Below, piece after piece: positions 32,685 through 43,028 of a stretch of DNA of 64,000 bases. How positions within the stretch are numbered: position 1 is the first letter of the stretch; each line of letters begins with the position of its first letter. The translations under genes were made by a program, and so were the position numbers. Source of the stretch: an uncultured delta proteobacterium (GTDB lineage: Bacteria; Desulfobacterota; Binatia; DP-6). The stretch lies in the NCBI GenBank assembly GCA_963815115.1, contig CAWFFN010000007.1, forward strand, positions 896,001 to 960,000, in the 5' to 3' direction. The notes below the pieces were generated by a model, which was given only the letters and a program-made list of their open reading frames with translations, ran no database searches and was not told the origin of the DNA.

Positions 32685-33824
32685 TCACGTCATCGACGGC
32701 GCACCCGCGCCGTCGATGAGGTATGTCGCCGCGATCTCGCGGTGGTGCGTGGGGCTGCCCAGCATCACCTCCGAGGACTTCGCACGGCGGTAGTACAGGT
32801 GCGCGTCGTGCTCCCAGGTGAAGCCGATGCCGCCGTGCACCTGGATGTTCTCGGCGGCGACGTGGAAGTAGGCCTCGGAGCAGTAGGATTTTGCCAGGCT
32901 CGCGACCAGTGGCAGCTCGGCCGAGTCGTCGGCCGCCGCCCAGGCGGCGTAGTACGCGGCCGACTTCGCCGACTCCACCTCGAGGAGCATGTCGGCACAC
33001 TTGTGCTTGATCGCCTGGAAGCTCCCGATCGGCCGCCCGAACTGCACCCGCAGCTTCGCGTACTCGACGCTCATGTCGAGGCATCGTTGCGCCCCGCCCA
33101 CCTGCTCGGCGGCGAGTGCGACGATCGCGAGCTGCAGCGTCTTCTCCACGATGCTCCCGGCCGCGCCCTCGGACCCGACGAGTCGCGCCGGTACCCCGTC
33201 GAACACCAGGGCCGCCTGCTTCCGGGTCATGTCGATCGTGTGGAGCGACCGCCGGGTGAGGTGCGGGTGGTGACCATCGACCGCGAACAACGTGGGGCCC
33301 TCGCCGGCCTGGGCCACCACGAGGACGAGGTCGGCGGTGGCGCCGTCCAGAACGAACGACTTGTGGCCGTCGAGCACGTAGGCCTTGCCGGATCGGCGGG
33401 CCCTGGTCTGCAGGCCGTCCGTCGTCCAGCGACCGTCTTCCTCGGGCACCGCGAGCGTCGCGATGGTGTTGCCGGCCGCGATGCCCGGCAGCAGCTCCCC
33501 TTGCGCCGCCGCGTCACCGCTCGCTCGCAAGGCGTTCACCGCGAGGACGGCAGTGCCGAAGTACGGTGCACAGAGAAGGACGCGGCCCATCTCCTCGAGC
33601 ACGATGAGCTGCTCGACGGGGCCGCCGCCCGCGCCGCCGTACTCCTCGGGAACCGTCAACCCCTGGAGCCCGAGCTGCTGCGCCATCTGCGACCAGACGG
33701 CCCTGTCGTATCCCTCATCGGTCTCCATCAACTGCCTGACCTGACGCGAAGGCGACTTCTCTTCGAGGAACCGGCGCAGGCCACGCCGCAGCTCCTGCTG
33801 CTCGTCAGTGAACGCGAACGTCAT
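32685..33824 (-). CDS. Acyl-CoA dehydrogenase (FadE27-like subunit)
   Basis: RVQFGRPIGSFQAIKH, IQVHGGIGFTWEH; coupled to upstream ACAD. Confidence 0.9.
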   Translation of the reverse strand: MTFAFTDEQQELRRGLRRFLEEKSPSRQVRQLMETDEGYDRAVWSQMAQQLGLQGLTVPEEYGGAGGGPVEQLIVLEEMGRVLLCAPYFGTAVLAVNALRASGDAAAQGELLPGIAAGNTIATLAVPEEDGRWTTDGLQTRARRSGKAYVLDGHKSFVLDGATADLVLVVAQAGEGPTLFAVDGHHPHLTRRSLHTIDMTRKQAALVFDGVPARLVGSEGAAGSIVEKTLQLAIVALAAEQVGGAQRCLDMSVEYAKLRVQFGRPIGSFQAIKHKCADMLLEVESAKSAAYYAAWAAADDSAELPLVASLAKSYCSEAYFHVAAENIQVHGGIGFTWEHDAHLYYRRAKSSEVMLGSPTHHREIAATYLIDGAGAPSMT

Positions 33825-35125
33825 GACCCTTCGTTCCCCTCTCGCGCCTGTGTGCCGACCTTGAGCTGGCGGAACGGCACCTCCTTCGAGAAGTCCGGTT
33901 CGGCCGGCAGTCCGAGCACGCGCTCGCCGATGATCGAGCGCTGGATCTGATCGGTACCGCCGTAGATGGCCGGAGCCGGCGTCGCCAGCATCTGCACGGC
34001 CATCGCTCCGTCGAGCGGTCCGTCGGAACCTGCGAGCATGCCATGCGCTCCGCCGATCTCGGACGCGGTGTCGCGCCACTGGCGCGCGATGTGTGACACC
34101 ATCAGCTTGCCGATCGACATCTCGCCGCCGGCTTTGGCCCCGGCCTGGACGGACGCGCGGCCGCGCAGTCCGTTCCACGCGTTCAGACGGCCGAGCGTGT
34201 AGAGCCGGACGAGCTGCTGTCTGACCGCGGCGTCGCGGTCGCGGCCGAGCCGCCTGGCCAGCTCGACCAGGGGAGCGACTCCGCGGCCGATCATCGCGGC
34301 GCCTCCGGCACCGCTCCAGGTTCTCCGCTTCTGCGTGGCGTCGATGAAGTCCCCCACGGAGACCTCGAGCTGCGACCGGAACCGCGATCCACCCGGCGCC
34401 GGCACCCGGGCATCGATGCCGGAGCCGGCACCGAGGCCGAGCCGCTCGAACGCCAGCGTCGCGACGGCGACTCGCCACCCCTGGTCGAGCTCGCCGATGA
34501 CGTTCCGTGCCGGAACGCGTACGTCCGTCAGGAACACCTCGGCGAAGGAGGAGTCTCCGGTGATCTGCCGCAGCGGCCGGACGTCGATGCCGGGCTGCTG
34601 CATCTCGAGCGCGAAGTACGTGATGCCCCGATGCTTCGGTGCGTCCGGGTCGGTGCGGGCAAGCAACATGCCGTAGTCCGCGATCTGCGCCCCCGAGGTC
34701 CATACCTTCTGTCCGTTGACGACGAAGTCGTCGCCGTGGCGCTCGGCGCGGGCCTGCAGGCCCGCCAGGTCCGATCCCGCCCCCGGCTCGCTGAACAGCT
34801 GGCACCAGGCATGATCGCCGACGAGGATGGCGCGAACGAGCCGCCGTTTCAGGTCGTCGCTGGCGTGCGCGATCATCGTCGGGGCGGCGAGCATGGGGCC
34901 GAGGCCGGCGGGCGGGCCGGGGGCTCCGGCCTTCGCGAGCTCGGCGTACGCGACCGCCGCCAGGTCGGTCGGGAGGTCCTTGCCGAACCAGTCCGCCGGC
35001 CAGGTCGGCTTGGCCCACCCCGAATCCGCGAGCAGCTCGAGCCACGCGCGCAGGGACAGGTTCCTGTCGAAGTGCCGGTCGATCCAGGCGCGGACTGCCC
35101 GTCGAACCGCGTCGCCGTCGCTCAT
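33821..35125 (-). CDS. Acyl-CoA dehydrogenase (FadE26/34-like subunit)
   Basis: WCQLFSEPGAGSDLA, NGQKVWTS, IYGGTDQIQR, ERVLGLP; start uncertain. Confidence 0.9.
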   Translation of the reverse strand: MSDGDAVRRAVRAWIDRHFDRNLSLRAWLELLADSGWAKPTWPADWFGKDLPTDLAAVAYAELAKAGAPGPPAGLGPMLAAPTMIAHASDDLKRRLVRAILVGDHAWCQLFSEPGAGSDLAGLQARAERHGDDFVVNGQKVWTSGAQIADYGMLLARTDPDAPKHRGITYFALEMQQPGIDVRPLRQITGDSSFAEVFLTDVRVPARNVIGELDQGWRVAVATLAFERLGLGAGSGIDARVPAPGGSRFRSQLEVSVGDFIDATQKRRTWSGAGGAAMIGRGVAPLVELARRLGRDRDAAVRQQLVRLYTLGRLNAWNGLRGRASVQAGAKAGGEMSIGKLMVSHIARQWRDTASEIGGAHGMLAGSDGPLDGAMAVQMLATPAPAIYGGTDQIQRSIIGERVLGLPAEPDFSKEVPFRQLKVGTQAREGNEGS

Positions 35126-35207
35126 GGTGCCGCCGTCGTCGGGCACGGCGGCCGTGGGTGTCGTCACGAGTCTGGCTCCTTTCCAGCTTCGGCCCGCCCG
35201 TGTTATA

Positions 35208-35225
35208 TTCGACATGGATGTCGAA
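35208..35225. promoter_or_regulatory. Palindromic operator overlapping the TetR start
   Basis: TTCGACAT-GG-ATGTCGAA perfect IR next to a -10-like TATATT, between divergent genes. Confidence 0.65.
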
Positions 35226-35949
35226 ACGCAACGCGCGCATCCGACCCGGGAAGAAGCGGCGGCGGACGCGAGGGGGCTGGACGCCGGCCGGAACCGCCGC
35301 GGCGCGGCGCGCGGGGCACGACGAGCGGGCCACGGCGAAGGGGCTCCGCACCCGGGACGAGCTGCTCGACGCGGCCCGTCGGGTCTTCGAGCGTGACGGC
35401 TATCTCGACACCCGGGTCGCCGACATCGCCGCCGCGGCGGGGCTCGCGCACGGTAGCTTCTACACGTACTTCTCGTCCAAGCAGGACGTCTTCCTGGCCA
35501 TCGTGCGGGACGTCGGACGGCAGATCCGCGACGCCGTGGCGCCGTCGCCGGCCACCGCCGAGCTCGACGCCTACGAGGCGCTCGACCGCTCGAACCGGCG
35601 CTACCTCGACGTCTACCGGGCCAACAGCGTCATCTGGGCCCTGGTCGAGCAGGTCGCGACGATCGACCCGGAGATCCATCACATCAGGCTGACGGGACGG
35701 CGCCGGCACGTCGAGCGCGTCGCGAAGACGATCCAGCGCTGGCAGGACCGCGGTCTCGCCGATCGCGGCGTCGATCCCCGTACGACGGCCGGCGCCCTGG
35801 TCTCGATGTTGTCCAACTTCGCGTACTGGTGGCTCGCCGGTGGCGACAGCTATGATGCCGCTGCCGCCGAGCACACCCTGACCGACATCTGGGCGCGCGC
35901 CGTCGGAATGCCCCGCCGCGCACGGCTGCGCCGGGTGGGTGTCCACTGA
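35218..35949 (+). CDS. TetR-family regulator
   Basis: TRDELLDAARRVF..TRVADIAAAAGLAHGSFYTYFSSK. Confidence 0.92.
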   Translation: MSKRNARIRPGKKRRRTRGGWTPAGTAAARRAGHDERATAKGLRTRDELLDAARRVFERDGYLDTRVADIAAAAGLAHGSFYTYFSSKQDVFLAIVRDVGRQIRDAVAPSPATAELDAYEALDRSNRRYLDVYRANSVIWALVEQVATIDPEIHHIRLTGRRRHVERVAKTIQRWQDRGLADRGVDPRTTAGALVSMLSNFAYWWLAGGDSYDAAAAEHTLTDIWARAVGMPRRARLRRVGVH

Positions 35950-35989
35950 GCGATCCGCAAGGGCCGCCGGCATACGGATGGGAGGCATC

Positions 35990-36760
35990 ATGAACCAGCG
36001 CTTCGGCGACGTCAGCGTCACGGCCGACGATGACTTCGTGGCCACGATCGAGCTCCACCGCCCGCCGAACAACTTCTTCGACCTCGACCTCATCCGATCG
36101 CTGGGCGACGCGTACGACGCGGTCGACGGGCGCCCGGATTGCCGGGCCATCGTCCTCTGCTCGGAGGGTCGCCACTTCTGCGCCGGTGTGGACTTCGTTC
36201 GGCCATCTCCGCAGGTGGCGGCCACCGCCGACCTGTACGGCGAGGCCGAGCGTCTGTTCCGGGCCCAGACGCCAGTCGTCGCCGCCGTCCACGGCGCCGC
36301 CATCGGAGGCGGCCTCGGACTGGCATGCTCGGCCGACTTCCGCATCGCGTGCCCCGAGGCACGATTCTCGGCCAACTTCTCCCGGCTCGGCTTCCATCAT
36401 GGCTTCGCGCTCTCGGCGACGTTGCCCGCCATCGTTGGCCAGCAGCACGCGCTCGACCTGCTGTACACCGGGCGGCGCCTCTCCGGAGACGACGCTGCCC
36501 GGATCGGCCTGTGCGATCGGCTGGTGGACCCCGGCGAGGTCCGCACCGCTGCTCACGCGCTCGCCGCGGACATCGCCGCGTCGGCGCCGCTCGCCGTCCG
36601 CTCCATCCGCTGCACGATGCGCGGCGGGCTCGCCGATCGTGCCCGCGCCGCGATGGCACGAGAGGCCGAGGAGCAGGAGCGTCTGCGACGGACGAAGGAC
36701 TGGTCCGAAGGCATCCGCGCAGCGGCCGAGCGCCGCACCCCGCACTTCGAGGGCCGATGA
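35990..36760 (+). CDS. Enoyl-CoA hydratase/isomerase
   Basis: FCAGVD, VHGAAIGGGLGLA, APLAV, FEGR. Confidence 0.9.
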   Translation: MNQRFGDVSVTADDDFVATIELHRPPNNFFDLDLIRSLGDAYDAVDGRPDCRAIVLCSEGRHFCAGVDFVRPSPQVAATADLYGEAERLFRAQTPVVAAVHGAAIGGGLGLACSADFRIACPEARFSANFSRLGFHHGFALSATLPAIVGQQHALDLLYTGRRLSGDDAARIGLCDRLVDPGEVRTAAHALAADIAASAPLAVRSIRCTMRGGLADRARAAMAREAEEQERLRRTKDWSEGIRAAAERRTPHFEGR

Positions 36761-38010
36761 CGCCGGCGTCGGTCGACCCGGAAGAGATCCGCGCTCAGCT
36801 CCGGCGATGGATCGAGGCGGAGTGGAACCCCGAGCTCAGCCTCCTCGACTGGCGGCGGCGTCTCGTCGATGGCGGCTGGGCCTGTCCGACGTGGCCTCGC
36901 GAGTGGGGAGGCCGCTCGCTGCCCGCAGCGTTCGCGGAGATCGTGGCCGACGAGCTGGCGAACGCCGGCGTTCCGGGACCGCCCGACGGCGTCGGCATGC
37001 ATCTGGCAGCACCGACGGTCCTGGAGCACGGCTCCGATGACCTGAAGCGCCGGCTCCTCGGGCCGATCGCGACGGGCGAGATCGTCTGGTGCCAGCTCTT
37101 CAGCGAGCCGGGCGCGGGATCCGATCTCGCCGGGCTGACGACGCGCGCCGAGCGCGACGGCGACGCGTGGGTCGTCACCGGGCAGAAGGTGTGGAACACC
37201 GGCGCCGCCCACGCCGACCTCGGCTTGCTGCTGGCACGCACCGACTGGGAGGTGCCCAAGCATCGCGGCATCACCTACTTCGCCTTTCCCATGCGCCAGC
37301 CGGGTGTCGAGGTCCGACCGCTGCGGCAGATGAACGGTCATGCGTCGTTCAACGAGGTGTTCCTCGACAACGCCCGGGTCCCCGCCGCCAACGCCATCGG
37401 CGACGTCGGCAGCGGCTGGAAGGTGGCCCTGACCACCCTGGCCCACGAACGTCGTCTCGCTCCGGCGCGACGTGCGGCATCCCGACGAAGCCTGGCAGGA
37501 CGCGCCTGGCAGGAAGCGATCGCCGAGCGCGCCGCCGCATCGGAGCCCCACAAGTGGTATCCGCAACGCGCTGGCCGGCCCGACCTCGTCGTCGAGCGAG
37601 CCATCGCCGCCGGCAGATGCGCCGACCCGGTCGTTCGCCAGGAGATCGTCAAGCTCGTGGCGCTCGCGTGGTCGGCGAAGTGGACGGCCCAGCGCGCCGC
37701 GGCGACGCGCGCCCTCGGGCATCCGCCCGGACCGGAGGGCTCGATCGGCAAGCTCGCCAGCAGCACGATCGCGCGCGCGGCGGCGAGAGTGCACGCGCTC
37801 ATCGCCGACGCGTCGGGCATGCTCGCGGGTTCCGACTCGCCGCTCGGGGGAACCATCGCGGAGATATTGCTGTCCGTCCCGGCCATCTCGATCGCCGGTG
37901 GAACGGACGAGATCCAGCACAACATCCTCGCGGAGCGGATACTCGGTCTGCCGAGAGAGCCGGAGACCGATCGGGACCGGCCGTTCAGCCGGGTGCGCAG
38001 GAACGACTGA
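36757..38010 (+). CDS. Acyl-CoA dehydrogenase
   Basis: WCQLFSEPGAGSDLA, FNEVFLD, IAGGTDEIQHN. Confidence 0.9.
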   Translation: MTPASVDPEEIRAQLRRWIEAEWNPELSLLDWRRRLVDGGWACPTWPREWGGRSLPAAFAEIVADELANAGVPGPPDGVGMHLAAPTVLEHGSDDLKRRLLGPIATGEIVWCQLFSEPGAGSDLAGLTTRAERDGDAWVVTGQKVWNTGAAHADLGLLLARTDWEVPKHRGITYFAFPMRQPGVEVRPLRQMNGHASFNEVFLDNARVPAANAIGDVGSGWKVALTTLAHERRLAPARRAASRRSLAGRAWQEAIAERAAASEPHKWYPQRAGRPDLVVERAIAAGRCADPVVRQEIVKLVALAWSAKWTAQRAAATRALGHPPGPEGSIGKLASSTIARAAARVHALIADASGMLAGSDSPLGGTIAEILLSVPAISIAGGTDEIQHNILAERILGLPREPETDRDRPFSRVRRND

Positions 38011-38016
38011 GGCGAC

Positions 38017-38781
38017 GTGGCCTACCTCGAGCGCGACGGCGTCACCCTCTACTACGAGCTGCACGGAACGGCGGCCGGCCGGACCCCGCTGCTGCTCACG
38101 CACGGCTACTCGGCCAGCAGCGCGATGTGGAAGCCGAACCTCCCCGCGCTGGCCGCGAAGCGCCAGGTGATCGCCTGGGACATCCGAGGCCACGGCCGCA
38201 GCGCCTCGCCCTCCGATCCGGCGCGCTACTCGGAGGAGGCCAGCGTCGCCGACATGGCCGCCATTCTCGATGCCTGCGCCATCGGCCGCGCGGCCGTGGG
38301 CGGGCTGTCCCTCGGCGGGTATCTTTCGCTCGCGTTCCACCTGGCTCACCCGGCACGGGTCGCGGCTCTGCTCCTGTGCGACACCGGGCCCGGCTTCAGA
38401 CAGGTCGACGCCCGCGAACGCTGGAACGCGTATGCGGTGGCGAGAGCCGAGGCGCTCGAGCGGCAGGGGCTGGCTGCGCTCTCCACCAGTCCCGAGGTCG
38501 GAGCGGGACCGCATGACCCGACGGGGCTGGCCCTCGCTGCGCGGGGAGTCCTGACCCAGCACGACTCCCGCGTCCTCGACTCGCTCCCGTCGATTCGCGT
38601 TCCGACGCTGATTCTCGTCGGCGAGCACGATGCGCCGTTCCGAGCCGCGACCGACTACATGGCAGCGAAGATTCCCGGCGCGACGAAGTGCGTGCTCTCC
38701 GCTGCGGGGCACGCCGCCAACATCGACCAGCCCGGCGCGTTCGACGCCGCGGCGACGGCCTTCCTCGAGCGACTCGACTGA
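38017..38781 (+). CDS. Alpha/beta hydrolase
   Basis: THGY, DIRGHGRS, GLSLGG, VGEHD, AGH. Confidence 0.9.
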   Translation: MAYLERDGVTLYYELHGTAAGRTPLLLTHGYSASSAMWKPNLPALAAKRQVIAWDIRGHGRSASPSDPARYSEEASVADMAAILDACAIGRAAVGGLSLGGYLSLAFHLAHPARVAALLLCDTGPGFRQVDARERWNAYAVARAEALERQGLAALSTSPEVGAGPHDPTGLALAARGVLTQHDSRVLDSLPSIRVPTLILVGEHDAPFRAATDYMAAKIPGATKCVLSAAGHAANIDQPGAFDAAATAFLERLD

Positions 38782-38852
38782 GGTGTGCGGAAGCGCCGAG
38801 AGGTCGGTTGGCGTTGTCGCCCGGCGACCGCGCATGGTAGTGCGCGCGGGTC

Positions 38853-39770
38853 GTGCCCTCCCGCTGCCGGACGCTCCTGGGCCACCTGCTGCTGGCGGCG
38901 GGCAGCGCGGCGGGCTTCGTGCTGCTCATCGAGCTCGTCGCGAAGGTCGCTGGACTTCCCCTCGGTGCGCCGCTGTTGCCCGACTCGCGCAACTGTCTGC
39001 AACGGAGCTCGCTCCTGAGCATGGAATTCCGCCCGCACTGCCACGGCGCTCTGGGCACCGTTTTCGACACCAACGACCTCGGCTTCCGCGGCCCCGAAGT
39101 ACGCGACGACGGATCGCGCCGCATTCTCGCCATCGGGGACTCGTGCACATGGGGATGGGGGGTCCCGCAGGACGCGTCGTATCCGGCGGTCCTCCAGCGG
39201 CTGCTGGATCAGCGACCGGACGGGGCACGTTACCAAGTCATCAACGCCGGGATACCAGGCTACACGAGCTATCATGGACTGCTGTACCTGCGGGAGCGCG
39301 GTCTGGCTCTGCACCCCTCGATCCTCATCCTCGGCTACGGGTTCAACGACGCGACGGCTGCCGGAGACGTCGAGGAGCAGCTGGCGGGGGAACGGCGCCT
39401 CCTGCCGCTCATGCTCCTGGACGACTTTCTCTTCCAGCACTCGCGCGTCTATGGCTTCGTCCGCCGCCACAGCGTGGCAGCCCGTCGAGATCCGCGTCAG
39501 CGCGTGGACCCGACACGCTTCGCGCAGCATCTCGAGGAGATGGTGACGCTCGCCCGGGCGGACGGCGTCCACACGATGGCGCTCAGCTTCTCGGCCACGC
39601 AGCGCGGACCGTACCGCGACGCGCTGGCGTCGGTCGCCACGCGGCTCGCGGTCCCGGTGGTGACGTATCGGGGTCCGTTGTTCGACATCGTGCATCCGAC
39701 GGCGGAGGGGTACGGCGTTCTCGCCGCGCTCGTGCTCCAGCAACTCGAACAGGAGGGCTGGGTCGACTAG
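38853..39770 (+). CDS. Membrane-anchored SGNH/GDSL hydrolase
   Basis: GDSCTWG, NAGIPGY, GFND, DIVHP. Confidence 0.85.
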   Translation: MPSRCRTLLGHLLLAAGSAAGFVLLIELVAKVAGLPLGAPLLPDSRNCLQRSSLLSMEFRPHCHGALGTVFDTNDLGFRGPEVRDDGSRRILAIGDSCTWGWGVPQDASYPAVLQRLLDQRPDGARYQVINAGIPGYTSYHGLLYLRERGLALHPSILILGYGFNDATAAGDVEEQLAGERRLLPLMLLDDFLFQHSRVYGFVRRHSVAARRDPRQRVDPTRFAQHLEEMVTLARADGVHTMALSFSATQRGPYRDALASVATRLAVPVVTYRGPLFDIVHPTAEGYGVLAALVLQQLEQEGWVD

Positions 39771-39883
39771 ACCACCGGGGTCCAGGGTGGCCATCCAGCG
39801 GCGCCGAGTCCCCGGTGCCCGCGCACGCCGCATCCTCCAAGGTCTTGACGTGCGCGCGGCGACGGCCTCATCGTGCGTGCGCC

Positions 39884-41068
39884 ATGGAGCTGAACCCCTT
39901 CTCCCACGAGTTCCACGCCGACCCCTATCCCAGCTACCGGTGGCTGCGGGACAACGCCCCGCTCTATCGCAACGACGCGCTCGATTTCTGGGCCCTGTCA
40001 CGCTACCGCGACGTTCGCGACGCCTCGGTCGACTGGCAGACGTACAGCTCGGCACAGGGGACGCAGCTCGAGCGCCTCGATCCGCGCCTCTTCGAGACGC
40101 GGCCGATGATGATCTTCCTCGACCCGCCCAGGCACGATCGCCTGCGCAAGCTGGTCAGCCGGGTCTTCACGGCACGCCGGCTGGCCGGGCTCGAGCCGTT
40201 CGTCCGGACCGCGGTCACGCGGCTCCTGGACGGACTGGCGGCGCGGGGCGGCGGAGACTTCGTGAAGGAGCTCTCCATGCCGCTGCCGATGGAGGTGATC
40301 TTCACGCTGCTCGGCGTTCCCGAGAGCGACCGCCACACGCTGCGCGAATGGATGGACCTGTCCCTGGAGCGGGACCGGGACACGCCGGTGATTCCCGAGC
40401 GCGCCATGGTCGCGATGGCGCAGATGATGCAGCACTGGATCGAGTTCGTGGAGCAGCTGCGCCGCCGACCCAACGACGGCCTCGTCGCGGCGCTGCTCGA
40501 CGCCGAGGTCGAGGGCGACGACGGCTCGCCGACGCGGCTCACCGACGGGGAGATCGTCGGCTTCTGCTCGCTCCTGGGTGCGGCGGGAAACGAGACCGTC
40601 ACCAAGCTGCTGGCCAATGCGTGCGTCCTCTTCGCGCGCCATCCCGAGCAGTATGCCAAGATCCGTGCCGACGACGGACTCATCCCCGACGCCGTCGAGG
40701 AGATCCTGCGCCACACCTCGCCGTCGCAGTACCAGGGACGCGTCACCACGCGCGACGTCGAGTGGTACGGGCGCACCGTCCCGGCCGGCGCGCGCATCCT
40801 CCTGCTGACCGGCTCGGCGAACCGCGACGAGCGCGAGTTCCCCGACCCCGACCGCTTCGACGTGACGCGGCGTCCTGACCAGCACCTCGCGCTCGGCTAC
40901 GGCGTCCATTTCTGCCTGGGCGCCGCGCTCGCCCGGCTCGAGAGTCGTGTCACCCTGGAGGAGTTCGTGCGTCGTTTTCCGCGCATCCACGTCGACGAGT
41001 CCCGCTGCGTCCGCGTCCACATGTCGAACGTCCACGGCTACGAGAGCGTGCCTTTCGCCGCCGTCTGA
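39884..41068 (+). CDS. Cytochrome P450
   Basis: DPPRHDRLR, AGNET, EEILR, GYGVHFCLG. Confidence 0.93.
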   Translation: MELNPFSHEFHADPYPSYRWLRDNAPLYRNDALDFWALSRYRDVRDASVDWQTYSSAQGTQLERLDPRLFETRPMMIFLDPPRHDRLRKLVSRVFTARRLAGLEPFVRTAVTRLLDGLAARGGGDFVKELSMPLPMEVIFTLLGVPESDRHTLREWMDLSLERDRDTPVIPERAMVAMAQMMQHWIEFVEQLRRRPNDGLVAALLDAEVEGDDGSPTRLTDGEIVGFCSLLGAAGNETVTKLLANACVLFARHPEQYAKIRADDGLIPDAVEEILRHTSPSQYQGRVTTRDVEWYGRTVPAGARILLLTGSANRDEREFPDPDRFDVTRRPDQHLALGYGVHFCLGAALARLESRVTLEEFVRRFPRIHVDESRCVRVHMSNVHGYESVPFAAV

Positions 41069-41132
41069 GCTCACCTGGATCGCGGACCGAGACGATGCGG
41101 ATGATCCCGCTTGCATCCGTCGGTGTCATCCG

Positions 41133-41160
41133 TGATGATGGACGCAGGCGTCCATTATCA
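41133..41160. promoter_or_regulatory. Inverted-repeat operator upstream of the XRE-cupin regulator
   Basis: TGATGATGGACGC-AG-GCGTCCATTATCA (1 mismatch) abutting the ATG. Confidence 0.55.
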
Positions 41161-41759
41161 TGGACAGCACGACACCCGACCTGAACCAGCGCATCGCCGA
41201 GCGCGTGCGCGACCTGCGCGCCGGACGCGGTCTCTCGCTCGATGCGCTGGCCGGCAAGAGCGGCGTGAGCCGCTCGATGATCTCCCTCATCGAGCGTGGG
41301 GAGAGCAGCCCGACGGCCGTGGTGCTGGAGAAGCTGGCCGCGGGCCTTGGCGTGATGCTGGCCACGCTGTTCGACGAGCCGGCCAGCACGGCTCGACGGC
41401 CCGCTGGCCCGGTGGCTCGGCGTACCGAGCAGCCGCAGTGGCAGGATCCGGCCTCGGGCTACCTCCGGCGCAACGTGTCCCCACCGGGCGTGCCCCAGCC
41501 GATGCAGATCGTCGAGGTGCAGTTCCCGCCCGGCGGGCGTGTCGCCTTCGAGAACGCCGCTCGCGACATGCGCGTGCACCAGCAGGTGTGGATCCTCGAA
41601 GGGGCAATCGACGTGACGCTCGGCGCGGAGCGCCACCGGCTGCGCGCGGGCGATTGCCTGGCCATGCAGCTCGACCGGCCGACGATGTTCCACAACCCCA
41701 CGCGAAAGCCGGCGCGGTATGCCGTGGTGATCGCGTCCGAACCCGGCGCGAGACGATGA
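41160..41759 (+). CDS. XRE-family regulator with cupin domain
   Basis: SLDALAGKSGVSRSMISLIERGESSPT; C-terminal cupin. Confidence 0.9.
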   Translation: MDSTTPDLNQRIAERVRDLRAGRGLSLDALAGKSGVSRSMISLIERGESSPTAVVLEKLAAGLGVMLATLFDEPASTARRPAGPVARRTEQPQWQDPASGYLRRNVSPPGVPQPMQIVEVQFPPGGRVAFENAARDMRVHQQVWILEGAIDVTLGAERHRLRAGDCLAMQLDRPTMFHNPTRKPARYAVVIASEPGARR

Positions 41760-42316
41760 GCGCGGCTCCCTGGTCCCTGCGGCGCCTGCACGAGCTCGAC
41801 GACGGGCAGATCGACGGGCTCGCCGACGTCTTGATCGACTGCGTCGAGGGTGGCGCGTCGGTGAGCTTCATGCACCCGCTGAGGCGCGACCGCGCCGTGG
41901 CGTTCTGGCGGCGCGTGGCGCGGGGCGTGTCGACCGGCGAGCGCGCGCTGCTGATCGCGGAAGATGCAGGGGGTCTGTGCGGCACCGTCCAGCTGGTGCT
42001 CGATCAGCCCGAGAACCAGCCGCACCGTGCCGACCTGTCGAAGCTGCTGGTGCATCGCCGCGCCCGCCGTCGGGGGCTGGGAGCGGCACTCACCCGAGCG
42101 GCTGAAGCCACTGCGCGAGAATGCGGCAAGACCCTCCTGGTGCTCGATACGGCCAGCGGCGACGCCGAACGGGTGTACGAGCGCCTGGGTTGGATGCGTG
42201 TGGGCGTGATCCCCGGGTATGCCCTGCTGCCGCGAGGGACGCCGTGCGATACTACGGTGTACTATCGACAGCTAGGCGAGAGCTGGGCGGCCACCCGCCT
42301 CCGGGAGGAACGATGA
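41756..42316 (+). CDS. GNAT acetyltransferase (tabtoxin-resistance-like)
   Basis: GGASVSF, ENQPHRA, LLVHRRARRRGLG, LLVLDT. Confidence 0.88.
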   Translation: MSAAPWSLRRLHELDDGQIDGLADVLIDCVEGGASVSFMHPLRRDRAVAFWRRVARGVSTGERALLIAEDAGGLCGTVQLVLDQPENQPHRADLSKLLVHRRARRRGLGAALTRAAEATARECGKTLLVLDTASGDAERVYERLGWMRVGVIPGYALLPRGTPCDTTVYYRQLGESWAATRLREER

Positions 42317-42738
42317 CCGAGTTTGCGTCCGATGAGGTCGCCGCCGCTGCCAAGGAACCGACCATAGCCGCCGCCCTTGCCGCAAGGGCGCGACTGGATG
42401 CCGCCTTTGCCGCTCAGGACGTGGACGGCGTCCTGGCGGTCTCGGCAACGGATCTCGTGGTCAATACGCCGGCGAACAGGGTCGCGCGTCTCGAGACCGT
42501 GATCGGATTCTTCAAGGCCGGCCGCATGAACTACGAGTCCGTCGACGTGATGATCGAAGGCCTGGACGCACGCCAGGGTCACGTGGTCATCATGGGCGAG
42601 GAAGTCGTCACGCCGAAGGAATCGGCACCCAACGCCGGCAAGACCGTCCGGCGGCGGTTCACGGACGTCTGGCGGAAGGAGTCCGACGGGGAGTGGCGGC
42701 TGACCATCCGGCACGCGACGATCACCTCGGTGGAGTAA
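42313..42738 (+). CDS. NTF2-like/DUF4440 protein
   Basis: RRRFTDVW..WRLTIRHAT C-terminus. Confidence 0.75.
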   Translation: MTEFASDEVAAAAKEPTIAAALAARARLDAAFAAQDVDGVLAVSATDLVVNTPANRVARLETVIGFFKAGRMNYESVDVMIEGLDARQGHVVIMGEEVVTPKESAPNAGKTVRRRFTDVWRKESDGEWRLTIRHATITSVE

Positions 42739-43028
42739 CCTTCGGCCGACGCGAATCACGTCGCGCGTGGCGAGGCCGGCAGCTGCGGGAGCCGGTGCCG
42801 TCGGAGTGTATTTCTCATCTGACGCACGGATGGCGGTCGCGATTGCGGGTCGAGACCGACGGCGAGACCGCAGGGTGCACGCTGCGCAGCGGCACAACCG
42901 TAACCGCCGCGGTCACGCCCACCGGATACCGCGACTCCGAACGACCGATCCCCGCACCAGCAGCCAGCCGGCGCGCGGCACGTCACCGGTTCACCGAGCG
43001 TTCGGGAAACTCGTCCGAGAGGTGAAGG

